Shown here: positions 29,190 to 38,979 of the stretch, piece by piece
Position numbering within the stretch: position 1 is the stretch's first letter
Layout: the number at the start of each line of letters is the position of its first letter
Assembly (NCBI GenBank): GCA_020723065.1
Contig: DYJP01000003.1
Location: forward strand, 195-64,194
Source: Candidatus Micrarchaeum sp.
Lineage (GTDB): Archaea > Micrarchaeota > Micrarchaeia > CABMEP01
DNA: 64,000 nucleotides
Direction: 5' to 3'
Program-made: the position numbers and the translations under genes
Notes under the pieces: generated by a model
The model's database searches: none
What the model was told of the DNA's origin: nothing
Seen by the model: the letters and a program-made list of their open reading frames with translations, nothing else

Positions 29190-30422
29190 TCACTGAACGT
29201 TCTTCCAGCTTTTGTCCGCGATTACCACGTCAAGGACAGACCTGGTGTGCTCTCTCGCCCACTCATCCGCTTTGAGTATGTCTTCAAGGGCTGGCCCCTT
29301 CTTGTATGCTTCGCCGTGTGAATTCATAGTATGATTTATGGCTTTCGGAATATCTCCAAATTTTATCTTGTTCTGCAGGAAATATTCCACTACTGCAACC
29401 TCGTTTGCTGCATTCATAACGGCTGGCATAGTGCCCCCAAGCTCTCCGGCGGTGTATGCGTACTGAAGGCACGGGAATCGAATAAAATCAGGCTCGAAGA
29501 ACGTAAGCTTCTTTGTCTTTATAAGGTCTAAAAATCCGTATTCACCGGAAACCAATCTTGACGGCCATGAAAGCGCATATTGTATTGGCAGTCTCATGTC
29601 ATGAACTCCGAGCTGAGCGATTATGGATCCGTCCCTATATTCGACCATCGAATGAATAATCGATTCAGGGTGCACAACTACCTTTATCTGCCTGTAAGGA
29701 ACGTTATACAAATGATGTGCTTCAATCACTTCCAAACCCTTATTCATGAGAGATGCACTATCGATCGTAATCTTACCGCCCATATTCCAAGTAGGATGTT
29801 TTAAGGCGTGCTCACGCGTTGCTTCCTGGATTTTTTCGGCAGGCCATATGGATTCGTCTCTGAAAGGCCCTCCGGAACATGTGACAATTATCTTACTGAG
29901 ATCTTTCCTTCTATTTCCTTGCAACGATTGAAATATTGCAGAATGTTCACTGTCTATCGGCATCAGAGCCACATCATGCTTCTTTATCTCTTTCATCACA
30001 AGCTCGCCGGCACAAACAAGCGTTTCCTTGTTTGCCAGTGCAATGTCTTTCTTGTGTTTTATTGCTTCCAAAGTCGGAATTAAACCTACGCTTCCGACAA
30101 CGGCAGTCACAACTTGATCAGTTTCTTTGAAAGTGGAAACGTCAATCAATCCTTTGAGTCCTGCTGACAGAACAATATTCGGACTATGGCCGATCTGATC
30201 ATGAGCAAGTATCTTTTTAAGCTTTTCTGCGCCTTCTTCCGAATACATTGCAACGATTTTCGGTTTGAACTCCTTGATTTGCTCGACTATAAGATCAATG
30301 TCTCTGTCGCTTCCGAACGCAGCCAATCCAATGGCTTTAAACTTGTCCTTATGTCTCCTGATAACATCAAGAGTCTGAGTGCCTATGCTTCCAGTTGAAC
30401 CTAGAATTGAAATATTTCGCAT
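29190..30422 (-). CDS. dxr: 1-deoxy-D-xylulose-5-phosphate reductoisomerase
   Basis: GSTGSIGTQTL, LANKE, PIDSEHSAIFQ, SGGPF, HPTWNMGGKITIDSA..MNKGLEVIEA; start MRNISIL. Confidence 0.97.
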   Translation of the reverse strand: MRNISILGSTGSIGTQTLDVIRRHKDKFKAIGLAAFGSDRDIDLIVEQIKEFKPKIVAMYSEEGAEKLKKILAHDQIGHSPNIVLSAGLKGLIDVSTFKETDQVVTAVVGSVGLIPTLEAIKHKKDIALANKETLVCAGELVMKEIKKHDVALMPIDSEHSAIFQSLQGNRRKDLSKIIVTCSGGPFRDESIWPAEKIQEATREHALKHPTWNMGGKITIDSASLMNKGLEVIEAHHLYNVPYRQIKVVVHPESIIHSMVEYRDGSIIAQLGVHDMRLPIQYALSWPSRLVSGEYGFLDLIKTKKLTFFEPDFIRFPCLQYAYTAGELGGTMPAVMNAANEVAVVEYFLQNKIKFGDIPKAINHTMNSHGEAYKKGPALEDILKADEWAREHTRSVLDVVIADKSWKNVQ

Positions 30423-30440
30423 GAGAGGTAAACACGATTT

Positions 30441-30458
30441 AGATATAAATACTTTTCC
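30441..30458 (-). promoter_or_regulatory. Archaeal BRE/TATA promoter of dxr (probably leaderless)
   Basis: Minus strand GGAAAAG-TATTTATAT, with the TATA 21-27 nt upstream of the ATG; no SD. Confidence 0.55.
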
Positions 30459-30516
30459 ATAGAAGTAGTATCTAAACAGTAAAAGAAATAAAAACCGAAA
30501 ACAAACAGTGAAAAAA

Positions 30517-30798
30517 ATGGAAAGGGGAGAACTTAGTCGCGAACAGGTTCTTAAGGCAAAGAAAGCGGAATATAGGGTATTTAGAAAAGGGATGTACCAG
30601 CGAATAGTATTCACTGTCAAGATAGTTAAGGAGCCTTACGGCGAATATCCTGTCCTTTTCAGCGATAGAATAATAGACATAAAGGATGCGGCAAGGCTCT
30701 CTGAGGAGCTTCAGATTCCGCTGGAGATACCTAATGGAAAGGTTTATCCGAAAGGAAAGTCCGGAAAAGACTTCGTGGAACTTATGTCAAAATTGTAA
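30517..30798 (+). CDS. Hypothetical protein
   Basis: 93 aa ORF with normal composition, divergent from dxr. Confidence 0.7.
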   Translation: MERGELSREQVLKAKKAEYRVFRKGMYQRIVFTVKIVKEPYGEYPVLFSDRIIDIKDAARLSEELQIPLEIPNGKVYPKGKSGKDFVELMSKL

Positions 30799-30830
30799 CT
30801 CAAACGAACAGTTCAAAAAGAAATGATCAT

Positions 30831-31466
30831 ATGGTCGAATCCATTGAAAAGATGTATAAGGGAGAGCCTAACGATTCATTATTTGACGAGCTGGACATAG
30901 AACTCATCAGGAAAAATAAGAAGGAAATGAAAGACATAAAGGAAAAGCTCAAAAAATACTTAGATAAATATAAGAAAACATCGGACGACAGAGCGCTCGC
31001 GCTCATGTGCGCACTTGCGGTAGAAAACGAGCTGGAGGAACTGCTCAAGAAATGGATACCTACATATAAAATCTTGATAGAAGAAAAGGGATTCGACTTC
31101 TCATCTAAAATAAACCTGGTGAAGGCTTCTAAGCTGATACCTGGGAAGATACTAAACGCAATAGAGCCAATCAAAAGAATAAGAAATATATTCGCGCACA
31201 ACCTTGACGCAACCACATTTGAAGACGTTAAGAAAATTGATTCTGATGCTCCGGCAAAACAGCAGGCATTTCCGATAATGCACAACAAGATAAGAACGTT
31301 CATCCCCAACTGGAAAGAAGAAAACGACAAGCTAGTCTTCTTCGAGCTCACCGTGCTTATAGTATTAGGGCTCAACATCTACGCCAAGCATGTAAAAGAA
31401 CTCAACAGCTACATAAGAAACAAAAAGAATCTAAAAAAGATAATAGAGGAAGTCAAAAGCAATTAA
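30831..31466 (+). CDS. MtlR-like / HEPN-superfamily protein
   Basis: DDRALAL..A..VE..L..LL, FSSKINL, R-x4-H motif RNIFAH. Confidence 0.65.
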   Translation: MVESIEKMYKGEPNDSLFDELDIELIRKNKKEMKDIKEKLKKYLDKYKKTSDDRALALMCALAVENELEELLKKWIPTYKILIEEKGFDFSSKINLVKASKLIPGKILNAIEPIKRIRNIFAHNLDATTFEDVKKIDSDAPAKQQAFPIMHNKIRTFIPNWKEENDKLVFFELTVLIVLGLNIYAKHVKELNSYIRNKKNLKKIIEEVKSN

Positions 31467-31482
31467 GATTCCACATGAAAAA

Positions 31483-32189
31483 ATGATGTATAGAGATTTT
31501 GCAAAATATTACAATTTGATTTATTCGATGAAAGATTACAAAGAAGAAACAAAGAATCAAAAAAAATAATTTCGAAATACAAGAAAACAAAGGGGAACAA
31601 ACTTCTTGAAGTTGCATACGGCAGCGGAAATTATCTGCAATACTTTAAGAGCGATTTGACTGCATAGGAATCGATTAAATGAGGAAATAGTGGCAATCGC
31701 AAGGAAGAAAATGAAATGGGTGCCAATGAAAAAGGCGAACATAATGATTTCAACTTAAATAAAAAATTCGATGTTATACTATGTCTTTTCTCTTCTATCG
31801 GCTATGTCAAAACCTATTTCAACCTAGAAAAAACTTTAAGAAACTTCTATAACCACCTGAATCCCAAAGGAATCGCAATAATTGAATCCAGGTTCACAAA
31901 TGCCAATTACAAAGCCGACAGTCCGCAAGCATTGTTATACGATGGAGAAGATGTAAAAATCGCCAGGCTAGATGTCGCAAAAAAGAAAGGAAACATTGCA
32001 ATAATGAACCTGCATTTCCTAGTCGCTGAACAGAACAAAGGCACAAGACATTTCGTAGACAGGCATGAACTCGGGCTATTTGAGAAAGAGAACACACTAA
32101 GAATAATAAAAAGAGTGGGATTTAGACCGCTGATTCTCAGAAAAGGCGCATTAAGCGACAGGAATGCATACATCGGCATAAAGAAGTAA
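31483..32189 (+). pseudogene. Class I SAM-dependent methyltransferase, multiply frameshifted
   Basis: Fragments in different frames: MYRDFAKYYNLIYSMKDY / LLEVAYGSG / CIGID / FDVILCLFSSIGY...HLNPKG. Confidence 0.8.
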
Positions 32190-32554
32190 TTAGTTCTCAG
32201 CCTTTTGGAAATGGAACCAAACTCCAATTCGAAAACATCGTTATTTTTTATTAAACGTATCGCACTTTTTTTTTCAATGCAAAATCTACATTACGCAGAC
32301 GACTGGATCGATATAGCGACTAATATTTTCCATGTGTTTGAGCGCTTCTCTGGCATTAAAAGCAACTGTCCCTAAAATTTTTCCTCATAATGTCAAGGCT
32401 CTCAAACGGTCTGCTATTTGAAACGGACTGATTTTTTTTAATCCTTTTTATCCCATTTCTTGTCAAATTCCATCATTTCACAATAAAAAATAAACAAGCT
32501 TTCGTATAAAAGATTTATCGAGACTCATAACTGATTGAAATAAATTAAATGCGA

Positions 32555-33205
32555 TTATTCAGAGACTGAATTGAACAATTCCTTTACGTCAAGAGATTCG
32601 AGATTCTCAATCTCAAGGTCGATTGATTCCTGATCGAATATCCCTTCCCTTACTGCGAGCTCGAACAGTCCAATTTCCTTGTCGTCTAACCGAATATTAT
32701 TCGCTTCCAGCTCCGATACAACAAATTCTGCAATGTCTGCGACCCAAACTCTGGCAAGGTCGAGTCTAAAAACCGATTCAAATGTACTGCCATATGCTGA
32801 AAGAAGAATCTTGTAGAACTCAGCCCTTGACATCTTTTCATTCTCCTTGAAAGGAACTACCGATGCAGGACAGTTTATCGCAATCATCTCCTCTATAGAA
32901 ACCTGGCCGGAATGAGAAAGAGGAAAAGACCTGCAAACTAGAGGCCGATCTTTGTATATTGAACACTTAAATCCTTCTTTTTCGAACTGCAAGAACGGAC
33001 ACTGCCCACCTTTTCCTTTAAGGCCCCAGTATAGCACGATATCTGTATTTCCGTACTTGATCTTGTTTCCCGGAATTATCTTGATTGATGGATCAAGTTC
33101 TAGGAGCCTTTTTTTCTCCCACTCAAAAAGTGCAAGATTCTCCATGTCTCTGCAGCATTGGCCACAGTTGATGCAGCTAAATTTACGTTCTTTGAGTTCA
33201 GACAT
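32555..33205 (-). CDS. YkgJ family cysteine-cluster protein
   Basis: CINCGQCC, CPFL, CSIYKDRPLVCRSFP. Confidence 0.9.
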   Translation of the reverse strand: MSELKERKFSCINCGQCCRDMENLALFEWEKKRLLELDPSIKIIPGNKIKYGNTDIVLYWGLKGKGGQCPFLQFEKEGFKCSIYKDRPLVCRSFPLSHSGQVSIEEMIAINCPASVVPFKENEKMSRAEFYKILLSAYGSTFESVFRLDLARVWVADIAEFVVSELEANNIRLDDKEIGLFELAVREGIFDQESIDLEIENLESLDVKELFNSVSE

Positions 33206-33234
33206 GAAAAACCCCTAAAAATAAAAACAAAACA

Positions 33235-34119
33235 TTATCTTATATAAGAAATATCTTCAGGCTTCTTCGGCATTTCCATTGGCATTGTCTGACCCTTGCC
33301 TATCTCTTCCTCTAGCTTCTTGATAAGTATCTCGCTTTCCTTCGCCTTCTCGGTAAGCTTTGAAACGTTGATGGATATTCCGACTATGTTGGAAAGTATC
33401 TCCACCACCCGCTGAGCTGATTTATGGTCTATGTAATTTCCATGAGTTTCACCCATGAGGCATATTCCATCGAGTCCCTTGAGCTTCCCTAATCCAAGAA
33501 GTATTCCTGCAGCCCCAATAATTGAACCCTCTACCTCTCCAAAAGAGACGCCGAATTTCTTGTAAAACGAAACCTCTTTCTTGTTTATAACTGCTCCGAA
33601 AACCCTCGGCTTTTCCACGAGCTTGCCAATTCCATATCCACCCAATGTGATTATCGTCTTTCCGCCCATGCTCATGAAATATTCCAGTATAAGATTCATC
33701 ACATCAAACTGCGCTCTGGAAGATATGGGCTGAACGTCACCTACCAATATGATCAGGTCATTCTTCTTCTTCGGATCTTTGTAAAGATAGATTTCATTTG
33801 TTAGCATCCTTATCGTGCCATCCTTGTTAATAATAACCTGGTGTGGAAAATGATGTGAATAAATAGTCGCAATCTTCTTCGCCTTCAATTGATCAATCAT
33901 ATGTTCTGCGGCAAGCTTTCCGACAAATCCTATTCCTGGAAGGCCTTCTATCAGGACCGGATTGACAAGGTTCGAAACCTTCTCGTGCACCTCTATGTTA
34001 GTCTTAATCCCGTCTTTAGCTGGCATGAGTGCCCGCTGAAGAGCCTTGTGCACTGTTCTAAACTCAATTGATTTTGAAGGCAGTATCTTTTTTTCGTTTG
34101 TTGCGGATTTTTTCGCCAT
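33235..34119 (-). CDS. PAC2-family proteasome assembly chaperone
   Basis: EGLPGIGFVGKLA, ITLGGY, CLMGETHG; conserved position after Nop10. Confidence 0.92.
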   Translation of the reverse strand: MAKKSATNEKKILPSKSIEFRTVHKALQRALMPAKDGIKTNIEVHEKVSNLVNPVLIEGLPGIGFVGKLAAEHMIDQLKAKKIATIYSHHFPHQVIINKDGTIRMLTNEIYLYKDPKKKNDLIILVGDVQPISSRAQFDVMNLILEYFMSMGGKTIITLGGYGIGKLVEKPRVFGAVINKKEVSFYKKFGVSFGEVEGSIIGAAGILLGLGKLKGLDGICLMGETHGNYIDHKSAQRVVEILSNIVGISINVSKLTEKAKESEILIKKLEEEIGKGQTMPMEMPKKPEDISYIR

Positions 34120-34172
34120 ATAATCACTTATTAATAGCTAAAAATGTTGAATATCTTCAGTTAAGATTCAGA

Positions 34173-34349
34173 TTAAGCGGACTCCTCAATTTCCCTTTTC
34201 TCGAACTTCTCAACTCTCATTCTGACCCTTTCCTTTATGTTTTTCTCCACTCCGCTCGATATAGGGTGAGGAGAGATGGTTGGCTTGCCGCAATGGATCT
34301 GGGCAAGAGTGTATTTCCCGCAGATTTGGCATCTCATTAGTTTTTTCAT
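34173..34349 (-). CDS. nop10: H/ACA RNP protein Nop10 (58 aa; not in ORF track)
   Basis: MKKLMRCQICGKYTLAQIHCGKPTISPHP...; lies between aIF2a and PAC2. Confidence 0.85.
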   Translation of the reverse strand: MKKLMRCQICGKYTLAQIHCGKPTISPHPISSGVEKNIKERVRMRVEKFEKREIEESA

Positions 34350-34371
34350 AAAAGAACCCTATTGGATGAAC

Positions 34372-35151
34372 TTAATTCTGCTCTTTCCTTTCGAATTTGA
34401 CTTCGCACTCTTTCTTAGGCGCGACCTTCAGAATATTGTCCACAAAAATCTTCATCTTCTTCTCACACTTCTTGAAATCTTCTTCCTCGACAGAAACAAG
34501 ATAATATGGTGCGCCCAAGTAGGAAATCTTAATCCCTGAATTTTCCTTGACTTTCAGCAATTCCTTCACCACTTCAATCCCATTTTCCTTGGTGCACTTC
34601 AATGTGAGTATTCCGTTTATGTGCCTTATCTGCTTCTTTATATTCTCTTTTGCAGTCTCGATTATGGCATTCGCCCAATCTTCAGAGATCTTTGCATTCC
34701 TGATCTCATCCTCTTTTCCATTGACTACTTCTTCAAATGCGGAAAATGCATCCTCGAAATGCGCTCCGAGCGCCTTCTTAACTTCATCCAATGTCATCTT
34801 TGGATTTTTTCCGATTTTCGCCTGAGCGACTTCCAGAAGCTTGACGACCCTCTTGTCCCTCTTGATCTCTTCGAGCTTCCTCTGCTGTTCTGCTTCGGTC
34901 ACTCTCTTCAAAGAAACGTCCACTATATTCTTTTCCGGAACTATCCTGTGGACTCTTACAACTATCCTCTGACCTTCTCGAATAAAATTCCTAATATTCT
35001 TTACCCAACCAGAAGAAACCTCAGAAACGTGAAGGAATGCGTCCTGGTCATATCCTTCCATCTTGCAAAATGCGCCATAAGGAAAAATCTTGCTCACAGT
35101 AACAATAACTAACTCGTCGAATTGTGGCATTTTCTTTCCTTTCGTTTCCAT
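34372..35151 (-). CDS. eif2a: Translation initiation factor 2 alpha subunit
   Basis: S1 domain, LHVSEVSSGWVKNIR, VDVSLKRV, YLGAPYY. Confidence 0.96.
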   Translation of the reverse strand: METKGKKMPQFDELVIVTVSKIFPYGAFCKMEGYDQDAFLHVSEVSSGWVKNIRNFIREGQRIVVRVHRIVPEKNIVDVSLKRVTEAEQQRKLEEIKRDKRVVKLLEVAQAKIGKNPKMTLDEVKKALGAHFEDAFSAFEEVVNGKEDEIRNAKISEDWANAIIETAKENIKKQIRHINGILTLKCTKENGIEVVKELLKVKENSGIKISYLGAPYYLVSVEEEDFKKCEKKMKIFVDNILKVAPKKECEVKFERKEQN

Positions 35152-35182
35152 TGGATTACCTATTTTAAAATTCAAAACAGAA

Positions 35183-35356
35183 TTAAACTGTCTTTATGAT
35201 TTTTCCGAAAACCTTCACAAACCCTCCGGTCGGCTTCGCAATTGTCTTCTTGCACAGGGTGCATTTCACTTCTCTTTTCGCAGTATTATAAACATACTGC
35301 TCGTTTCCACAGTCATGCTTCACTAATAAGAATTTCGTATTTGATGAAATCTTCAT
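35183..35356 (-). CDS. rps27e: 30S ribosomal protein eS27 (57 aa; not in ORF track)
   Basis: MKISSNTKFLLVKHDCGNEQYVYNTAKREVKCTLCKKTIAKPTGG...; lies between eL42 and aIF2a. Confidence 0.9.
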   Translation of the reverse strand: MKISSNTKFLLVKHDCGNEQYVYNTAKREVKCTLCKKTIAKPTGGFVKVFGKIIKTV

Positions 35357-35418
35357 TTTACCACCTTAAAAATATATGCGCAGAGCGCAAAACAATTAAA
35401 AATAAAAATGAAAAAAAA

Positions 35419-35706
35419 TCAGTCTTTCTTGACGATTTCGAGAACCTTTCTTGTCCTTGTACCCATGATCCTCTCGTGCTTCTTTTTACAGACTGTGCAT
35501 TCCAAGATAACCTTCTGGTGCTTGCCCATTTTTTTGACGGACTTCTTACCCTTAACCTTTCCGACATAGCCTTTCAGTTTTCTATCGTAACGAGCCTGTC
35601 CCACAGAGAACGGGGATTGCTTACCCTTCTTGTAAAGCTTAACCTTGTGAATCGTATGCTTATTGCACGTAGGACAATATGTCCTCATTGTGTCGACCAT
35701 CTTCAT
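35419..35706 (-). CDS. rpl44e: 50S ribosomal protein eL42 (L44e)
   Basis: RTYCPTCNKHTIHKV, LECTVCKK. Confidence 0.94.
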   Translation of the reverse strand: MKMVDTMRTYCPTCNKHTIHKVKLYKKGKQSPFSVGQARYDRKLKGYVGKVKGKKSVKKMGKHQKVILECTVCKKKHERIMGTRTRKVLEIVKKD

Positions 35707-35872
35707 AATCTCAGCTCCATCTAACATACTAAAGCAGCGCATAGGCGTCTATAAGAACATGCCTGGTGCCCTACTGAGTTTATAAACCAAAAAATTGGCA
35801 GTTATAGATATTTATAGATACTTATATTATAAATAAGTATAAAAAGATTAACTATTTTCAAGTGCGGCGGGA

Positions 35873-36430
35873 TTATTCGATCTTTTTAGCCGAACCTGTT
35901 GAAATGAGAATTTCCGCTTCCTGAATCGGAATCTCCACTTCCGAATTCTGCTTGTATGGTCCGTAGATGGAGCCGTCCAAACCGACAAACTCGTCCACAT
36001 CCTTGAGCGTAAGAAGCTTGACTGTGTTTCCTCTTTTCTCTATTATAGGTTCCTTTTCCGCAATATTGCACTCTGCGGGCGCTTTATTGAAGCAAATTAT
36101 CTCGCTGTCCGTCTCCTTTTCGTTCGCCCTGACAGACAAAACCAACGTTTCAAAAAGCGCCCTTTCTTTATAAAGCATTTCCGGTGGGGGCTCTATTCCC
36201 TTTGAAAAGCTTAGAACATAATTGAATATCTTCTCGAGCCTTCTTTGGTAGATGTACTTCACCATCTTGAGTGCGTTGTTATATTCCCTCATACCAGAAG
36301 GATCAGACTTGTCGTAAGATGAAAGAAGCTTTCCTGAAAGCTGATAGAAATTTTGAGGTATGGCTGAAAATGAAGGTCCTTTCTCCCTTGAATAAATCCT
36401 CATCAATTCATCGTAAGACAATTCATCCAT
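35873..36430 (-). CDS. GINS complex subunit (Gins51/Gins15 type)
   Basis: N-terminal helical A domain (IPQNFY, RRLEKI) and B domain FVGLDG.IYGPY...AEILI; synteny with priS and L44e. Confidence 0.88.
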   Translation of the reverse strand: MDELSYDELMRIYSREKGPSFSAIPQNFYQLSGKLLSSYDKSDPSGMREYNNALKMVKYIYQRRLEKIFNYVLSFSKGIEPPPEMLYKERALFETLVLSVRANEKETDSEIICFNKAPAECNIAEKEPIIEKRGNTVKLLTLKDVDEFVGLDGSIYGPYKQNSEVEIPIQEAEILISTGSAKKIE

Positions 36431-36490
36431 GATAATAATTGAAAAGAATAGATATAAATCTTTAGTGCCGCAAGTTCTAGTAATTCAAAT

Positions 36491-37117
36491 TTATTCGCTT
36501 AAATTACTAAGTTTTTCAAAAACAAGCTTCGCCTTCACCCTTACGGAATCAACTGGATCCGACTCTGCCATTTCCTGAATCTTGTATCTTGCCTCAGTTA
36601 TATTGAGCCTTACGACTCCTGCAATCGCAGAAAGCCTCACTGGATGGCGTTTATCATTGAGATGGGAAAAAATATCTGTCATAATCCTGAACTTAAGATC
36701 GCTCTTCTCAATTATGGAAACACCTATCTCCACTAAGGAGTTCAGGATCTCCTGTTTCACAATCCAATTACTTTCCTTTTTAAGTCGTTCTGACAATAAA
36801 TTAGCAGAATCGTTTTTCGACTTTTGAAACCTGTACGCCCATGCAATAATTTTTCTCACGCCCAAATTTGAATCATTTAATAGAACGCGAAGCGTAGAAT
36901 CCTGAAGCCCCTTCGCCTTCTCAGGATTCTTGCACTTCAGAAGCTCCCTAACAAGCATTATCTGAGATTCTGGCAAGCTCCTGTGTTTAACGTAATTAGA
37001 AAGCGAATCAGTGAACTTATACTCTTCCTTCGGCTTATTCTTGAACGGATTAGAGTTATCCTTTTCGTCAGAATATTTCCTTATAAGATGCTTGAAGTTA
37101 TCATTGTTATCGTACAT
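36491..37117 (-). CDS. HEAT-repeat protein
   Basis: LLNDSNLGVRK, ESNWIVKQEI, LNDKRHPVRLSA, SDPVDSVRVKA. Confidence 0.8.
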   Translation of the reverse strand: MYDNNDNFKHLIRKYSDEKDNSNPFKNKPKEEYKFTDSLSNYVKHRSLPESQIMLVRELLKCKNPEKAKGLQDSTLRVLLNDSNLGVRKIIAWAYRFQKSKNDSANLLSERLKKESNWIVKQEILNSLVEIGVSIIEKSDLKFRIMTDIFSHLNDKRHPVRLSAIAGVVRLNITEARYKIQEMAESDPVDSVRVKAKLVFEKLSNLSE

Positions 37118-37190
37118 TCTCTCACATAAAAAAGGCTCAAGTGAGGTAAATAAATGTTGCGGTGGCACCCTAACCTAAAAAAAACAAAGG

Positions 37191-37758
37191 TTATTCAATC
37201 TCATGATGAATTTTTAAAAAAGAATATAATAACTTACTCTCATGCAAGATTCTTTCGGACATGCTCTTAGCAATAAGTTCCGTCTCCTTGATGTATCTTT
37301 CCCTGAATGAAGGATCGGATATCCTTGCGTCCATAATGTTGTGCAGCCTGTCGGCAAGTTTGATCAATAGAGAATTGCTCGACATCTTTATCATCTTTTC
37401 AAACGCGTACCTGACTTTTCCTTCAAACGAGCCGATCTGTCTTTATATTCCTTAACGGTTTTTTATCCAAAGTGAGCTCCAGGACCAGGTCTGCGGTCTT
37501 CTTCCCGAAAATATCAAACAAGTTTTCATAACTCATATTGGTGTCCTCAATAGTATCGTAAAGAAATGCGGCTTCAATCATAATCCTACCATATTATGAA
37601 TCCAGAAGCCTCTTGTCGTTTTCATTTAAAATAAATAATCTCCGCGAACTTTATCGGGTGCTCAATATAAGGAACCTTGATGCTCTTTCTTAACTGGCCC
37701 TCGCGCGCATTCGTCACAAATTCATAAGCTTCCTGGATTTTGGACCCGTTTCCATCAT
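37191..37758 (-). pseudogene. HD-domain Mesh1/SpoT-like hydrolase, disrupted
   Basis: Fragments: EAYEFVTNAREGQLRK..VPYIEHP* / AAFLYDTIEDT...FG..TADLVLELT / LIKLADRLHN; HD replaced by YD. Confidence 0.82.
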
Positions 37759-37769
37759 ATGACCATCGA

Positions 37770-38969
37770 TTATATGACAGAATGACCTTCCTGCTTATTT
37801 TCTTCTTTCTGTACTGACTTGGTTGCCGCGATCGCCCTGTCCTTGTTCTCTGCGAGAACTGCTGCCTTCTTGCATATTAAATATACTGCGGCGTACTCTG
37901 GAAGGTCCAACGTCTGATCTTCGTACGGCCCAAATATCTGGCCTTTCAATATGACCGGCTGCGACTTCTTTACATAAACCCTGAAAGGCGAATCAGAGAA
38001 CACAACCGGCCTGGTTGTCCAGTCATATCGTTCAAGGTCATTTACAGGAATCCGCTGTGCAAGAAGACCAGTTTCTCCATGAATGCTGTCTGGCATCCTT
38101 ATAAGCTTGCTGGTGTCAAATGTCACTCCTTCATCAACAAATGCGCCATGTTGGCGCTTTATATTTTCAACAAGATTACTGAAAAACTTCTTTCGATCCG
38201 TAATGTATACTGCTTCCCAGTTCCCGTTGGCAATCTGGTCTGCTGCATCAATTCTTGAATAGAACTTTTCGACTGTCTTCTTGGCAATTCCTAATCGTTC
38301 TAACGTCCTATTCTTTATTCCATCAACAAGCATCTGGGTTAGTTTGCCCTTCCAACCTCCGTCTGTTACCTTAGGACCGAATATCCTCTTGTGAATTAGA
38401 TCCTGTCGGAAGAAGTGGTCGTAGTCAAGACCGTTGGCATTGACGTAATCCGCAATTTCCTTTCTACCGTAACCTTTTATTGTCTGAAACCTAGTAGAAA
38501 CATGGATGTGGTATCCTCGGTTTCCTGAAAAGTTTACTTCTATCTCCTCCTTGGGAACGTTGAAGTCTTTGACAAGGAAATCGTCAATGAGCCTTAATGC
38601 ACACTCTTTTGCCCTATCCATGCACATCTCGCAAACCCATTCCTTCTTATGCTTCTCAGTGCAAGGCATGCCCAGCTCATTAGCGTCTATATCGAAAACC
38701 AAATCTCCAGAAAGCCAATTCTTCTTTTCTATTGGCCTTGCAGCAGGATAAGCGTAATGCGCTTCAGAATAGGATATAAAAAGCGGCGCGTTCCTTCCGA
38801 GAAATGCATTCATCTCCTTCTCGCTTGAAAATGAATAGTGCCTAGACTCTATCTTTTTGGACCATCCTCCGAAGCCAAATTCTCTTGTATGCACCTGCTT
38901 CGGGGCTTTCGTCCAGTGAGTAGAATAGTATCGCTTAAACCTCTCAACTATAAACGCTTCCTCTTCCAT
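37770..38969 (-). CDS. priS: DNA primase catalytic subunit PriS
   Basis: REFGF, DLVFDIDA, FSGNRGYHIH, LIRMPDSIHGETG. Confidence 0.96.
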   Translation of the reverse strand: MEEEAFIVERFKRYYSTHWTKAPKQVHTREFGFGGWSKKIESRHYSFSSEKEMNAFLGRNAPLFISYSEAHYAYPAARPIEKKNWLSGDLVFDIDANELGMPCTEKHKKEWVCEMCMDRAKECALRLIDDFLVKDFNVPKEEIEVNFSGNRGYHIHVSTRFQTIKGYGRKEIADYVNANGLDYDHFFRQDLIHKRIFGPKVTDGGWKGKLTQMLVDGIKNRTLERLGIAKKTVEKFYSRIDAADQIANGNWEAVYITDRKKFFSNLVENIKRQHGAFVDEGVTFDTSKLIRMPDSIHGETGLLAQRIPVNDLERYDWTTRPVVFSDSPFRVYVKKSQPVILKGQIFGPYEDQTLDLPEYAAVYLICKKAAVLAENKDRAIAATKSVQKEENKQEGHSVI

Positions 38970-38979
38970 TTTCTACACC

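Noticed and set aside
30423..30620. 66-aa N-terminal extension of DXR in the ORF track
   Set aside because: Overlaps the promoter and the divergent gene; homology starts at MRNISILGSTG.
32190..32520. Possible second degraded gene on the minus strand
   Set aside because: No recognisable motif could be reconstructed.
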